The notes below the pieces were generated by a model. It made no database searches. It saw only the letters and a list, made by a program, of their open reading frames with translations, and had not been told where the DNA came from. Shown one piece after another: positions 1-9,698 of a stretch of DNA of 64,000 nucleotides. Source of the DNA: Longimicrobiales bacterium (GTDB lineage: Bacteria; Gemmatimonadota; Gemmatimonadetes; Longimicrobiales; Gaopeijiaceae); the NCBI GenBank assembly GCA_965203485.1, contig OZ241892.1, forward strand, positions 1,888,001 to 1,952,000, read 5' to 3'. Each line of letters starts with the position of its first letter. The stretch's first letter is position 1. Made by a program: the position numbers and the translations under genes.

Positions 1-2220
1 AGCATCGATGATCTCGCCGACGAAGTACGGCGGCAGCGCCGCGCCTTGCTTCAACCCTTCCACAATGCGCCGCGTGCCGAGCGACGAATCCTGTTCCGAG
101 ACGAGAAGAACCTCCGCGACGCCCAGGTACAAGCCCGTTCGGGCCACCAACCGTCCGTCGTATTGTCCCGGACCGGCTCCGATGACCGCGTGCGCCTGCT
201 TGAAGCGCTCCGCGGCTTGGTCGTATTCTCGGCGGCACATGGCAAGCACCCCGAGGCAGTAGTGGCCGTGCGACGCGTAGCGAACATCGTCCTCAGCCGA
301 CTTGTCGAAGTGTTGGCGGCCCGCTTCCAGTTGATGCAGAAGCTTCTCCCGAGCCTCTGGCTCTCGGGGAAGCCGGACGTCGTTGAGTTCGCGGAATCCG
401 CCCTTCAGCAACCCCAAGTCGGCATGCGCCATGGCGCGGACTCTAGCCGTGGGATCGCGCTTGAGGAGGTTCTGAAGGATTCGACGCGCCTTGTCGGCCT
501 GCCCTAGATGGCGAAGGCAGTGAGCCTGCCTGCGCCTCGCGTCCAAGACCAACTGCTCCCGGTACGGCGAGTCGTTGACCGCACTGTCCGCAGGCGCCTG
601 CCTAAGGCGTTCGAAGACCGCCAGCCCGTTGGCCGCGTCGCCGTTGCGCAGCAACTCGGTGCCCGCGTCGAGCAGAGACTTGAAGAGCGAATCGGCCGAG
701 ACGGCAAGGGCACGCGGGCGCACGAATTCCGCCAAGTCGCGCAGCCGGCCTTCGGCGCGCAATGCCCGCACGACGTGCTCGACCCCCTCCGCCGAGGGCG
801 GCGAGCCGTCTCCCAGTCCCCGAACCAACTCGCGCCGGTCGAACTCGTCGACGATGCGGGCCCACGACGCCGAACGAGCCCAGCCTCGCACGACGCCAGC
901 CCAGTACCAGCGCGCGCGGCGGCGGCTGGTCTCGGCCCACTGCTCCACCAGCCGTCGCCCGAACAGAGCATCGCGGAAGCCGGCGTGCAGGTGCGACCGG
1001 TGCCTTCGCCCGTTCAGATGCACGTAGTCGTCCACCATGTCGTCGACTTCGTCCTCCGACAAGGCGTCCCTGATGCCGTCCCGGGCGTCCTCGACCGCCC
1101 TGAGCAGCACGAAGTCCAGCGTCGTCAGCGAGCCGCCCGGGCCAGCCTCTGCGCTGTCGGCCTGCGGCTTCGGCTCCGTCGCGAACGAATCCGCCCGGGC
1201 GGATTCGCCTGTCGGCGTCGGGCTCGCGGAACCGGGAGAGGCTGTGGACGCGGCCGGAGAAGGAGAGGCGCCAGGACGCGCGGATGCGGAGGACAGATGC
1301 CCCCCGGGGGCCACGGAGGTCTCCACGGGTACGGGGGCGGCGGCGGCAGGGGCCTCGGGCGGCGTAGGTGCGGCAACGGCCGCAGGAGGCTCGGAGGGCG
1401 CGGGCGGCACGGCGGCAATAGGAGACCCGGAGGACGCACCCGTCCCGGCAGTCGCAGGAGCCTCGGCCGCATCGAGGCGCGGGGGCGCGGCTGGAGTCTC
1501 GCTTCCATCGGAGGACGGGGAGGCGCCGGGGGCGACGGCGTCGTCGCGGACCGGGACGACGGGGGTGGCCGGCGTCGGCGCAACGGCCGCCCCCGTCGAG
1601 GGTGCAGGCGCGCCAGCGGCCGAGGTGGCCGGCGTTGCAGCCGGGTCCGGAGCCGCGGACGCATCCGGCGCCGGCCGCTGGGCTTGGTCGCGCAACCACG
1701 CCTTCAGGTGCTCCGAGACCGGCGAGCGCTTCCGGGAGACGAACAGCAGGTAGACCGCGGCGTCCCGAGGCCCAAACTCGCCAGCCAAGCTGGCCGCCCC
1801 CGCGCGGACTCTCTCGGAAGGGACATCCGCGCCTGGACCATGGACGGCGGCCGGATCCGCCAGCCCCAGGAGACCCGCGAAGCGATGCGCCGTCATCCTC
1901 CACTTCGGCACGTCGTCAAGCGCGCCCAGCAATTCGGCGGCGTGCTTGGCGTGCCGCAGCCGCACGTGCTTCATGGCCTCCGCGATCTTGGCGTCGGGCC
2001 ATCGGCCGACGGTCGCGGGCCTGAAGTTCCGGGCGGCGGCCACGGCACGGACCAAGTTGGTCCGATTGACCGGTCGTCCCCGCATGAACGCCTCCGCCAC
2101 CTCCTCTCTCTCGTTCACGTGGAGCAACGTCCAGAGCCGGAGCGCGGTCGCCCGTCCCGGGTCGGCCATGATGCGCCGAAGGCCTTCCGGCAGCGGTTGG
2201 CCGCTGGCGCCAGCGTGCAT
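1..2220 (-). CDS. Large hypothetical protein with Pro/Ala-rich linker and TPR-like helical C-terminal region; 3' end runs off the window
   Basis: Absent from the ORF track because it has no stop in the window. Manual translation of the ends from ATG 2220 (GGAG upstream) gives MHAGASGQPLPEGLRRIMADPGRATALRLWTLLH...AHCLRHLGQADKARRILQNLLKRDP...GHYCLGVLAMCRREYDQAAERFKQA. Track ORF 508..2337(+) is its same-frame antisense shadow. Confidence 0.75.
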   Translation of the reverse strand, partial: MHAGASGQPLPEGLRRIMADPGRATALRLWTLLHVNEREEVAEAFMRGRPVNRTNLVRAVAAARNFRPATVGRWPDAKIAEAMKHVRLRHAKHAAELLGALDDVPKWRMTAHRFAGLLGLADPAAVHGPGADVPSERVRAGAASLAGEFGPRDAAVYLLFVSRKRSPVSEHLKAWLRDQAQRPAPDASAAPDPAATPATSAAGAPAPSTGAAVAPTPATPVVPVRDDAVAPGASPSSDGSETPAAPPRLDAAEAPATAGTGASSGSPIAAVPPAPSEPPAAVAAPTPPEAPAAAAPVPVETSVAPGGHLSSASARPGASPSPAASTASPGSASPTPTGESARADSFATEPKPQADSAEAGPGGSLTTLDFVLLRAVEDARDGIRDALSEDEVDDMVDDYVHLNGRRHRSHLHAGFRDALFGRRLVEQWAETSRRRARWYWAGVVRGWARSASWARIVDEFDRRELVRGLGDGSPPSAEGVEHVVRALRAEGRLRDLAEFVRPRALAVSADSLFKSLLDAGTELLRNGDAANGLAVFERLRQAPADSAVNDSPYREQLVLDARRRQAHCLRHLGQADKARRILQNLLKRDPTARVRAMAHADLGLLKGGFRELNDVRLPREPEAREKLLHQLEAGRQHFDKSAEDDVRYASHGHYCLGVLAMCRREYDQAAERFKQAHAVIGAGPGQYDGRLVARTGLYLGVAEVLLVSEQDSSLGTRRIVEGLKQGAALPPYFVGEIIDA

Positions 2221-2383
2221 CTCTCGCGTCTCCTGTCCAAAGCGGCGGCTCGTCGCGTCGCGCGAACGGGGGTTCCTCGGGGGGTCCACTACTCGCCCAG
2301 TCGCATCGCCGCGTCAAGCAACCGCGACGTCCGATAGCTGTCGGGACCGCAACGCTTGGGCGCCGCGAGGGCGACATGCGGGG

Positions 2384-3583
2384 TCACCGAACGGGCGTCC
2401 GCTCCACCCTTCGCAACTGAACGAACTGCTCTCCAAGCTCAGCGGTCTCGCCCAAGAGCACCGCTACTTCGCCCGAACCGCCGAGCAACCGGAAGTCCTC
2501 CGGAACGGCGACGGTCGCGCGAACCGCGCCGACGACCGGATCCACGACGAGCCAGTCCCGTCCGCCCTCCAGGTCCGGCGAAAACGGCTGCAACCACACG
2601 TCGCGACCCATCGCCACGATCCGGCGAACGGGCGGCGCCAGCGGCGGCAGGTCGTCGAGCGTGCCGTCGAACCGCCGGCGAACCAGCGCGACATCCTCGC
2701 CGACTGCTCGCGACAACGCCTCCGCTCTCAATGCCCGGATCGCTTCGCGGCTGTACCGCGGCCGCCCAACCGGCAGAGCCACGCGCCGCTCGGGACCATC
2801 GACGCCGAAACGCCAGACTTCAAGCACGGGTTCTGCGACGGGCGCGACAACAGCCGCGCCGACGGCGGCCGCGACCTGCGCACCACCGAGAAAAGCCATG
2901 CTGTTCGACGCCACGCCACCCTCGATTTGAAGCACGTAGTCGTACCCCAAGCGCCGCATCCCCAAGGACTCCGTCCTTTGCCCGGCAACGTCGAAGAGAA
3001 AGACTTCGCGTTGCCGTTCCGTCAGGCCGCTCCCGGCGTCCAGGGACGCATAGGAACTCGCCTCGAGAACCCAAACGCCGGACGCGACAACCGCCAGCAA
3101 CCGCGTCGGCGCCCCATCCAGCTGGAGCGCCGGATGAATGTCCGGCTCATCCCCTCCCGGTCGCCAGACCGTCGTCCGCGCGAGTTGCGAGTCGTACGCC
3201 ACGATCGTGTCGTGCAAAGCGAAGACCCGCTGAAGCCACCCGAATTCTCCCGGTCCCTCTCCACGGCCGCCCAAGACGGCGAGCACCTCTCCAACCGGCG
3301 AGACCCGAAGTATCTGCCTCGGTCCTCGATCCGCAAGCAACACGCTTCCGTCGGCCATGACCGCCGCGTCCGCCACGAACTGGAGGTGGACGCCGTCCCC
3401 GATGCCGACGACGGCAACAGGACGCCCACCAAGGCTCCAGTGCTCCAGGGCCGGTGTCGGTTGCGCGTATGAAGGCGCGGCGAGCCCGAACGTGCACCCG
3501 ATCGCTGCGGCCAGGACATGAGTGCGCAACGCAGCATTGCGCAACGCATATGTCGTCTTCGTGAACATTCTGCGATTCTCCAT
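2384..3583 (-). CDS. Exported 6-bladed beta-propeller (NHL-like) protein
   Basis: Signal peptide ending APSYA; GGRGEGPGEF motif and DGSVLLAD blade; C-terminal VQLRRVE strand. Confidence 0.75.
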   Translation of the reverse strand: MENRRMFTKTTYALRNAALRTHVLAAAIGCTFGLAAPSYAQPTPALEHWSLGGRPVAVVGIGDGVHLQFVADAAVMADGSVLLADRGPRQILRVSPVGEVLAVLGGRGEGPGEFGWLQRVFALHDTIVAYDSQLARTTVWRPGGDEPDIHPALQLDGAPTRLLAVVASGVWVLEASSYASLDAGSGLTERQREVFLFDVAGQRTESLGMRRLGYDYVLQIEGGVASNSMAFLGGAQVAAAVGAAVVAPVAEPVLEVWRFGVDGPERRVALPVGRPRYSREAIRALRAEALSRAVGEDVALVRRRFDGTLDDLPPLAPPVRRIVAMGRDVWLQPFSPDLEGGRDWLVVDPVVGAVRATVAVPEDFRLLGGSGEVAVLLGETAELGEQFVQLRRVERTPVR

Positions 3584-3665
3584 GTGACCCCATCAGCGCC
3601 GACGCTGTCTGATTGTTCCTTTAGTTGTCGTTATTGAGTCATGCACTCGTGGCCCCCAGGGTCCG

Positions 3666-4604
3666 TCAGGCACGGAGGCCGATCTCCACCAGGAGGCCGT
3701 CGTGCGCGACGACCGACGCCGGGAAGACGCTCTTCGCTTGGGCTTCCAGTATCTTGGGCCTGTCGGAATAGCGGGCCGACACGTGGGTGAGAACCAGGCG
3801 CCCCGCCCCGGCCCGGGCGGCCACGTCGGCGGCTTCGGCGGCGGTCGAGTGCCGCGTCTCGCGGGCTCGGCGACCCTCGTCGGAGGCGAACGTGGCTTCG
3901 TGGATGAGAAGGTCGGCGCCGCGGGCGATCGAGACGGTCTCCCGGCAAGGCCGCGTGTCGCCTGCGTAGACGATCTTGCGTCCCGGGCGCGGCGGCCCGA
4001 CGAGATCGGACGGCGAGACGGCACGGCCGTCCACCTCCACGGTCTCGCCTCGGTGCAGCTGTCCGAAGAGAGGCCCCTCGGGCACGCCCAGGGCGCGGGC
4101 TCGCTCCGCGTCGAAGCGTCCTAGGCGGGCTTCTTCGACGAGCGCGTACCCCACGGCCGGCACCCCATGGTCGACGCGGAAGACGTGCATGGACCAGCCG
4201 TCGAAGGGCACCCGGTCGCCGGGCTCCACGCCCCGCACCTCGACGCGGAAGGCGGGCTTGCCGACCCCCATCCGGGCGGCCGCCCGCAACTCGTCCCGGG
4301 CGCGAGCCGGTCCGTAGACGGTCAAGTCGTCCTCCCTGCCCTGCAGACCCATGGTGCGCAACAGGCCCGGCAAGCCCAGGAAGTGATCGGCGTGCGCGTG
4401 CGTGACGAAGACGCGCGAGAACGAGAATCCCGCGCCGAACCGCATGAGCTGGCGTTGCGTGCCCTCGCCGCAGTCCCACAGGAAGGACTCGGCGTCGACG
4501 TTGGACCCTGCCGCCCGCCCCGTGCGGTGCACGGCGATTCCCGCGACGTTGCGCGCCACCGTCGGTCGGGCCGCGGCGGTGCCCAAGAACCGGACTCGAA
4601 TCAT
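3666..4604 (-). CDS. rnz: Ribonuclease Z
   Basis: Starts MIRVRFLGTAAARPT; motifs DCGEGTQRQ, THAHADH, GVPEGP exosite, GDTRP, HEATF, HST and LTHVSARY. Confidence 0.95.
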   Translation of the reverse strand: MIRVRFLGTAAARPTVARNVAGIAVHRTGRAAGSNVDAESFLWDCGEGTQRQLMRFGAGFSFSRVFVTHAHADHFLGLPGLLRTMGLQGREDDLTVYGPARARDELRAAARMGVGKPAFRVEVRGVEPGDRVPFDGWSMHVFRVDHGVPAVGYALVEEARLGRFDAERARALGVPEGPLFGQLHRGETVEVDGRAVSPSDLVGPPRPGRKIVYAGDTRPCRETVSIARGADLLIHEATFASDEGRRARETRHSTAAEAADVAARAGAGRLVLTHVSARYSDRPKILEAQAKSVFPASVVAHDGLLVEIGLRA

Positions 4605-4945
4605 CGGGGGCGGGTGGCGCCGGAGCTGCCGGAGCCGTGGGAGAGAAGGCGTGGCGGCGTCGGTGGGAGGCCGACGGCGGAGAAAGCTACCCTCTTCGTA
4701 CAAGCGGCGGCAACGCTCGCCCGGCTCGCCGGACCGCCTTTGCCGGATCGCCGGCGTTCAGCCCGCGCGTCGAAGCGGCCCCCGCCCGGGCGGCAAGGCG
4801 CGGCGCCGCGCCGCGGGACGGGCTCTCCAGGGGCCGAGAGACCTTGCGACGCCCGCCGACGCGACCCATGATGAAGCCGCACAGCGAGTTTGGGACTGCC
4901 AATGGCTGGACAGGGCCACCTCCGACATCGAGAGCAACCGATCTC

Positions 4946-6268
4946 ATGGCCAACACGACAAGCACGACCACGCGGCCCGCGAGCCGGCGGCGCTTTCTCG
5001 GCAAGGCGACTGCCGCGCTGGGCGCCTCCTGCCTTCCCGCGCTGAAGGCCGGGGCCGCCGAGATCGCGGCGGAACTCCGCGGCCAGGCGGGCGATCCGGC
5101 AACGATCGCCTCCGACGAGACCTATTGGGCCATGGTGGCGCGCGCCTTCACCGTGGACCGCACGCTCGTCAACCTCAACAACGGCGGCGTCAGCCCGTCG
5201 CCCGCCTTCGTGCAGGACGCGATGAAGCGCCACCTGGACTATTCCAACGAAGCGCCAACCTACACCATGTGGAAGATCCTGGAGCCGCAACGCGAGGGCG
5301 TGCGCGCCCGCATGGCTCGCGAGTGGGGCGTGGACGCCGAGGAAGTCGCCTTCACCCGCAACGCTTCCGAGGGACTTCAGACTTGCCAGTTCGGCTACGA
5401 CCTCGAACCGGGCGACGAGGTCCTGACCACGACCCAGGACTACGGCCGGATGCTCACCACCTTCCGCCAACGCGAGCGCCGCGAAGGCATCGTCATGCGG
5501 CAGATCAAGATTCCGGTGCCTGCCGAGGACCCGGCGGAGATCGCTCGGCTGTTCGAAGAGGCGATCACGCCGCGCACACGGCTCATTCTCATGTGCCACA
5601 TGATCAACCTGACCGGGCAGATTCTTCCCGTGCGCGAAGTCGTGCGCATGGCCCGCCGCCGCGGAGTCCCCGTCATCGTGGACGGCGCACACGCCATGGC
5701 CCACTTCAGCTTCAAGCTGCCGGACCTCGAGTGCGACAACTACTCGACCAGCCTTCACAAGTGGCTCTTTGCCCCCCACGGAACCGGCCTCCTCTACGTC
5801 CGGAAGGAACGGATCCCAACGATCTGGCCCCTGATGGCGGCCCCCGATCCCATGGACGACGACATCCGCAAGTACGAGGAGATCGGCACGCATCCCGCGG
5901 CCAACTACCTGGCCATCGGCGAAGCCCTCACCTTCCACCAGGGCATCGGAAGCGACCGCAAGACCGCCCGCCTGACCTACCTGCGCGACTACTGGGCCAA
6001 CCGGCTCCTGGAGAACGATCGCGTGACGCTCAACACCAGCCAGAAGCCCGGCTTCGCCTGCGGCATCGCCAACGTCCACGTGGACGGCCTGGACACGGCC
6101 CGGCTCGGCGCCTGGCTCTGGGCCGAGCACCGCATCATCAACGTCCCAATCGGCCACGAGGAGTGCGAGGGATTGCGGATCTCGCCCAGCGTGTACACGA
6201 CGCTGGAGGAGCTGGACCGCTTCGCCGAGGCGATGGAATGGGCGATGAAGCACGGGTTGCCGGCGTGA
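4946..6268 (+). CDS. Class V PLP-dependent aminotransferase-fold enzyme (isopenicillin-N-epimerase-like) with Tat signal
   Basis: SRRRFLG twin-arginine motif; NLNNGG, VDGAH and SLHKW (PLP lysine) motifs. Confidence 0.85.
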   Translation: MANTTSTTTRPASRRRFLGKATAALGASCLPALKAGAAEIAAELRGQAGDPATIASDETYWAMVARAFTVDRTLVNLNNGGVSPSPAFVQDAMKRHLDYSNEAPTYTMWKILEPQREGVRARMAREWGVDAEEVAFTRNASEGLQTCQFGYDLEPGDEVLTTTQDYGRMLTTFRQRERREGIVMRQIKIPVPAEDPAEIARLFEEAITPRTRLILMCHMINLTGQILPVREVVRMARRRGVPVIVDGAHAMAHFSFKLPDLECDNYSTSLHKWLFAPHGTGLLYVRKERIPTIWPLMAAPDPMDDDIRKYEEIGTHPAANYLAIGEALTFHQGIGSDRKTARLTYLRDYWANRLLENDRVTLNTSQKPGFACGIANVHVDGLDTARLGAWLWAEHRIINVPIGHEECEGLRISPSVYTTLEELDRFAEAMEWAMKHGLPA

Positions 6269-6396
6269 GCACAAGCTTGCGTTGCGCAAGAATCACACGA
6301 CGGATCCGCCCGGGCGCCGGAACGAGGCCGAAGGCGCCTGAGCGCGTCCGGCGCCGCGGACCACCCCAGACCCCGCCTCGCGATTCGGAGGAGTCC

Positions 6397-8508
6397 ATGA
6401 AGACCACGCTTGCACCGACCTTCGCCAACATGCCTCTGGCCGCTTTCGGCCTGGTTGCCGCCACCGCTGCGGGCATTGTTGCAACCCCGGCTCCGGGCTC
6501 CGCCCAAGAGACTCCGGCCGCCGACATGCTCACCGTGGGCCACTACCTGGACATGGAGCGCGTGTCCGACCCGCAGGTGTCGCCGGACGGAAGACAGGTC
6601 GTCTACACGCGGTCGTGGGTCGACAAGATGGACGACCGGTTCCGCTCGGCGATATGGATCATGGACGCCGACGGCGGGCGGAACCGCTTCCTCTTGGAGG
6701 GATCGAATCCGCGATGGTCGCCCGACGGGTCGCGGCTGGCTTTCGTCGCGCCCGGCGGGAACGGGGGTCCCGAGGGCCCGCAGATTCATGTCCGCTGGAT
6801 GGACGCGGAGGGCGCGACGAGCCAAGTCACCCGCGAGACGGAGGCGCCGTCCAACTTCAAGTGGTCGCCCGACGGGAAGCACATCTACTTCCAGCGCTTC
6901 GTCCCCCAGTCCGAGCCCTGGCCCATCGACCTGCCGGCAGCTCCGGAAGGCGCCGAGTGGACGGCGGCGCCCAGGATCGTGGACCGCATCCACTACCGCT
7001 TCGACCGCATCGGCTTCCTCGAAGAGGGCTTCACGCATCTCTTCCGCGTGCCCAGCGACGGCGGGACCGCCCAACAGCTGACCAGCGGCCGGTGGAACAC
7101 GGGCGCCACCTTCGTCTCCGGCGTCGGCAGCGTGGGCTACGACCTCGCACCCGACGGCGGCACGCTCGTCTTCGACGGCCTGATGGAGGACGCCGACAAC
7201 CGCTACCGGGAGTCCCACGTCTACGCCATGGACTTGGCCACCGGCGACATCCGCCAGCTGACGTCGGAGAAGGGACCGTGGGCCAATCCCAACGTGTCGC
7301 CCGACGGACGCACGATAGCGTACACGGGCTATCCTTGGACGTCGCAGACGTACAAGACCACCGACCTGTACGTGATGGACGCCGACGGCGGCGCCGCGCG
7401 TCGCCTTTCGGGCAGCCTCGACCGCGACGTGGGCGCCCTCCGCTGGGCCGGCAACTCCGACGGCGTCTACTTCACGGCCGGAGACCGGGGGACCATGAAC
7501 GTCCACTTCGCGACGCGCTCGGGCGAGGTGCGGCAGGTCACGGAGGGCGCGCACATGCTGTCGCTTTCCTCGGCGACGCCGGACGGGCAGGCCGTGGGCG
7601 TGCTCTCCGCGCCCCACCAGCCCGGCGACGTGGTGGCCTACGAACTGGACGGCTCGGGCGACCTCCGGCGCCTCACCGACGTCAACGCCGACGTGCTGGC
7701 GGGGAAGCGCCTTGGGGACGTCGAGGAGATCTGGTACGAGTCGACCGGCGGCACGCAGGTGCAGGGGTGGATCGTGAAGCCGCCCGACTTCGACCCCGGC
7801 CGCCGCTATCCGCTGATCCTGCACATCCACGGCGGCCCTCACGCGATGTACAACGTCGGCTTCAGCTACCCCTACCAGAACTTCGCCGCCAACGGATACG
7901 TGACTCTCTACACGAATCCCCGGGGCAGCACCGGCTACGGCACCGACTTCGGCAACGCCATCGACAACGGCTACCCGTCGGTGGACTACGACGACCTGAT
8001 GGCGGGCGTCGACGCGTTGCTCGAGCGGGGCTACGTCGCCGACGACCAGATGTACGTGACCGGATGCAGCGGCGGCGGAGTCCTCTCCAGCTGGGTGATC
8101 GGCCACACGACCCGGTTCGCCGCGGCCGGCGTGCGCTGTCCCGTGACCAACTGGATCAGCTTCGCGGGAAACGCCGACATCACCGTGTGGGGCTACTACC
8201 GCTACAACGGCTACCCCTGGGACAACCCCGACAAGTACCTCGAGCACTCGCCCCTGATGCACGTGCAGAACGTCACGACGCCGACGATCCTCATGACCGG
8301 CGAGCTGGACCTGCGAACCCCGATGGCCCAAACGGAGGAGTACTATCAAGCGTTGAAGCAGCTCGGCGTGCCCACCAAGATGATCCGCTTCCACGACGAG
8401 TACCACGGCACCGGCTCCAAGCCGTCGAACTTCATGCGAACCCAGCTGTACCTGATGAAGTGGTTCGAGGAGCACGGAGGGCAGGCGAAGCCGGCGACGG
8501 ACGAGTGA
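6397..8508 (+). CDS. Secreted S9-family (prolyl oligopeptidase / acylaminoacyl) peptidase
   Basis: GGAGGAG RBS before ATG 6397; signal peptide; WSPDG propeller repeats; HGGPH, NPRGS, GCSGGG nucleophile, GELDLR and EYHG motifs. Confidence 0.92.
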   Translation: MKTTLAPTFANMPLAAFGLVAATAAGIVATPAPGSAQETPAADMLTVGHYLDMERVSDPQVSPDGRQVVYTRSWVDKMDDRFRSAIWIMDADGGRNRFLLEGSNPRWSPDGSRLAFVAPGGNGGPEGPQIHVRWMDAEGATSQVTRETEAPSNFKWSPDGKHIYFQRFVPQSEPWPIDLPAAPEGAEWTAAPRIVDRIHYRFDRIGFLEEGFTHLFRVPSDGGTAQQLTSGRWNTGATFVSGVGSVGYDLAPDGGTLVFDGLMEDADNRYRESHVYAMDLATGDIRQLTSEKGPWANPNVSPDGRTIAYTGYPWTSQTYKTTDLYVMDADGGAARRLSGSLDRDVGALRWAGNSDGVYFTAGDRGTMNVHFATRSGEVRQVTEGAHMLSLSSATPDGQAVGVLSAPHQPGDVVAYELDGSGDLRRLTDVNADVLAGKRLGDVEEIWYESTGGTQVQGWIVKPPDFDPGRRYPLILHIHGGPHAMYNVGFSYPYQNFAANGYVTLYTNPRGSTGYGTDFGNAIDNGYPSVDYDDLMAGVDALLERGYVADDQMYVTGCSGGGVLSSWVIGHTTRFAAAGVRCPVTNWISFAGNADITVWGYYRYNGYPWDNPDKYLEHSPLMHVQNVTTPTILMTGELDLRTPMAQTEEYYQALKQLGVPTKMIRFHDEYHGTGSKPSNFMRTQLYLMKWFEEHGGQAKPATDE

Positions 8509-8737
8509 GGGGCGCGGACGCCGGAACGGCGAAGTTTCCGCGTTCCTCGGCGCCCCCGGTACAGTGTTTCGGGCTTGAACCCAATCTCGCCGCACGCGAG
8601 TGGCGAGAGTGATTGGCGTTTGCCTCGCTTAGAGCAATCCCAGCGGCGGGTTCTCGTACGTCGCGGTCTTGGGTTGGCGCGGATGTTGCGCTTGAGCCCG
8701 TGTCTCCCGTTTCTTCTCGACCCACAGGACATCTGCC

Positions 8738-9698
8738 GTGCCAGCCAATATGAACAAGCCGGAGCGCTGGAAGGCCGACATAGCCGAGTCGGTGCACGCC
8801 TTTAACCGTTGGTTCTTGGCGAGCGCTCCAACGGCCTTCAGGGCGGAACGAAAGCGGGCTGTGGCGGATGTCGACCAGGCCATCGTCAGGACCGCAAGCT
8901 TCACGATGATCGAGCCGGCAGTCTTACTGGGTACGCCCGGCATCCTTCCGACACTGAGAATGGCGTCGTGTCCTCCCTTGGCCCGGGATCGACTCTCAGG
9001 CCTCGCCGGTGTGCGTCGCGGCTTGATCTCGACGATGGAGAGGAGGTGCACGCTTCCTGCCGGAAAGGATGGCACGGACGTTTCGGAGGAGCTCGCGCGG
9101 TTTGCCAAGTCCTTGGTCGCATGATCGATCCGGACGTCTGCCCGTGGATTCCACAGAGGCGACAACCTCGGAAGTCCGAGAGCGCAATGGCTGCAAGCGT
9201 GATCGCCGATCGACTTTGCGGCGCCGTCGCTCATCCCGTCATTCGCAACGCCCAAGAGCGACGCCAGCTGGACAGGCTCAGCAACTGGCTCAACGAGCGA
9301 GGATACCGCGCCCTACAGGATCGCGACATTGAAGAGCCGGACGATATGCCGCCGGGAACGTTCGCGTTCCGCATGAACGTCAAGGGCTGGCTCGACGGCG
9401 ACGGGCTGAGGTCGATCAACATGCCGATAGATGCCGTGATCGGTGCCCTTCATGGAGATGCTGACCGGCCGGTCTTTGTCGAAGCCAAGTCGGCGGGAGA
9501 TTTCGCCAACGTCAACAAGCGCCGCAAGGAAAGGCAACCAAGGCTCGTCCTCTCCGCTACCGGTATGGGCCCGACACCTGCTTCGTGCTGTTTCTCGGCG
9601 GCTATTTCGACACGGGCTACCTGGGCTACGAAGCGGCGGAGGGCATCGACTGGGTTTGGGAACACCGCATCGACGACTTCGCAGAGTTGGGCCTTTGA
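8738..9698 (+). pseudogene. XamI-family Type II restriction endonuclease split by two apparent single-base deletions (~9100 and ~9531)
   Basis: Three consecutive frames join into one protein: NKPERWKADIAESV...FNRWF / CQVLGRMIDPDVCPW...ADRLCGAVAHPVIRNAQERRQL...VEAKSAGDFANVNKRRKE / (E)ATK...LFLGGYFDTGYLGYEAAEGIDWVWEHRIDDF, stop 9696-9698. True lesions and sequencing errors cannot be told apart here. Confidence 0.8.

Noticed and set aside
4402..8508. 1368-aa ORF and similar long overlapping ORFs (e.g. 5989..8595, 19825..22968, 35403..38828, 44577..47261)
   Set aside because: These are stop-poor shadow frames typical of high-GC DNA, overlapping genes that carry clear motifs.
8571..8582. GGGCTTGAACCC as a tRNA-derived att site at the R-M island edge
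   Set aside because: Only an 11/12 match to the tRNA-Leu T-arm with no acceptor-stem similarity, and no integrase is seen.
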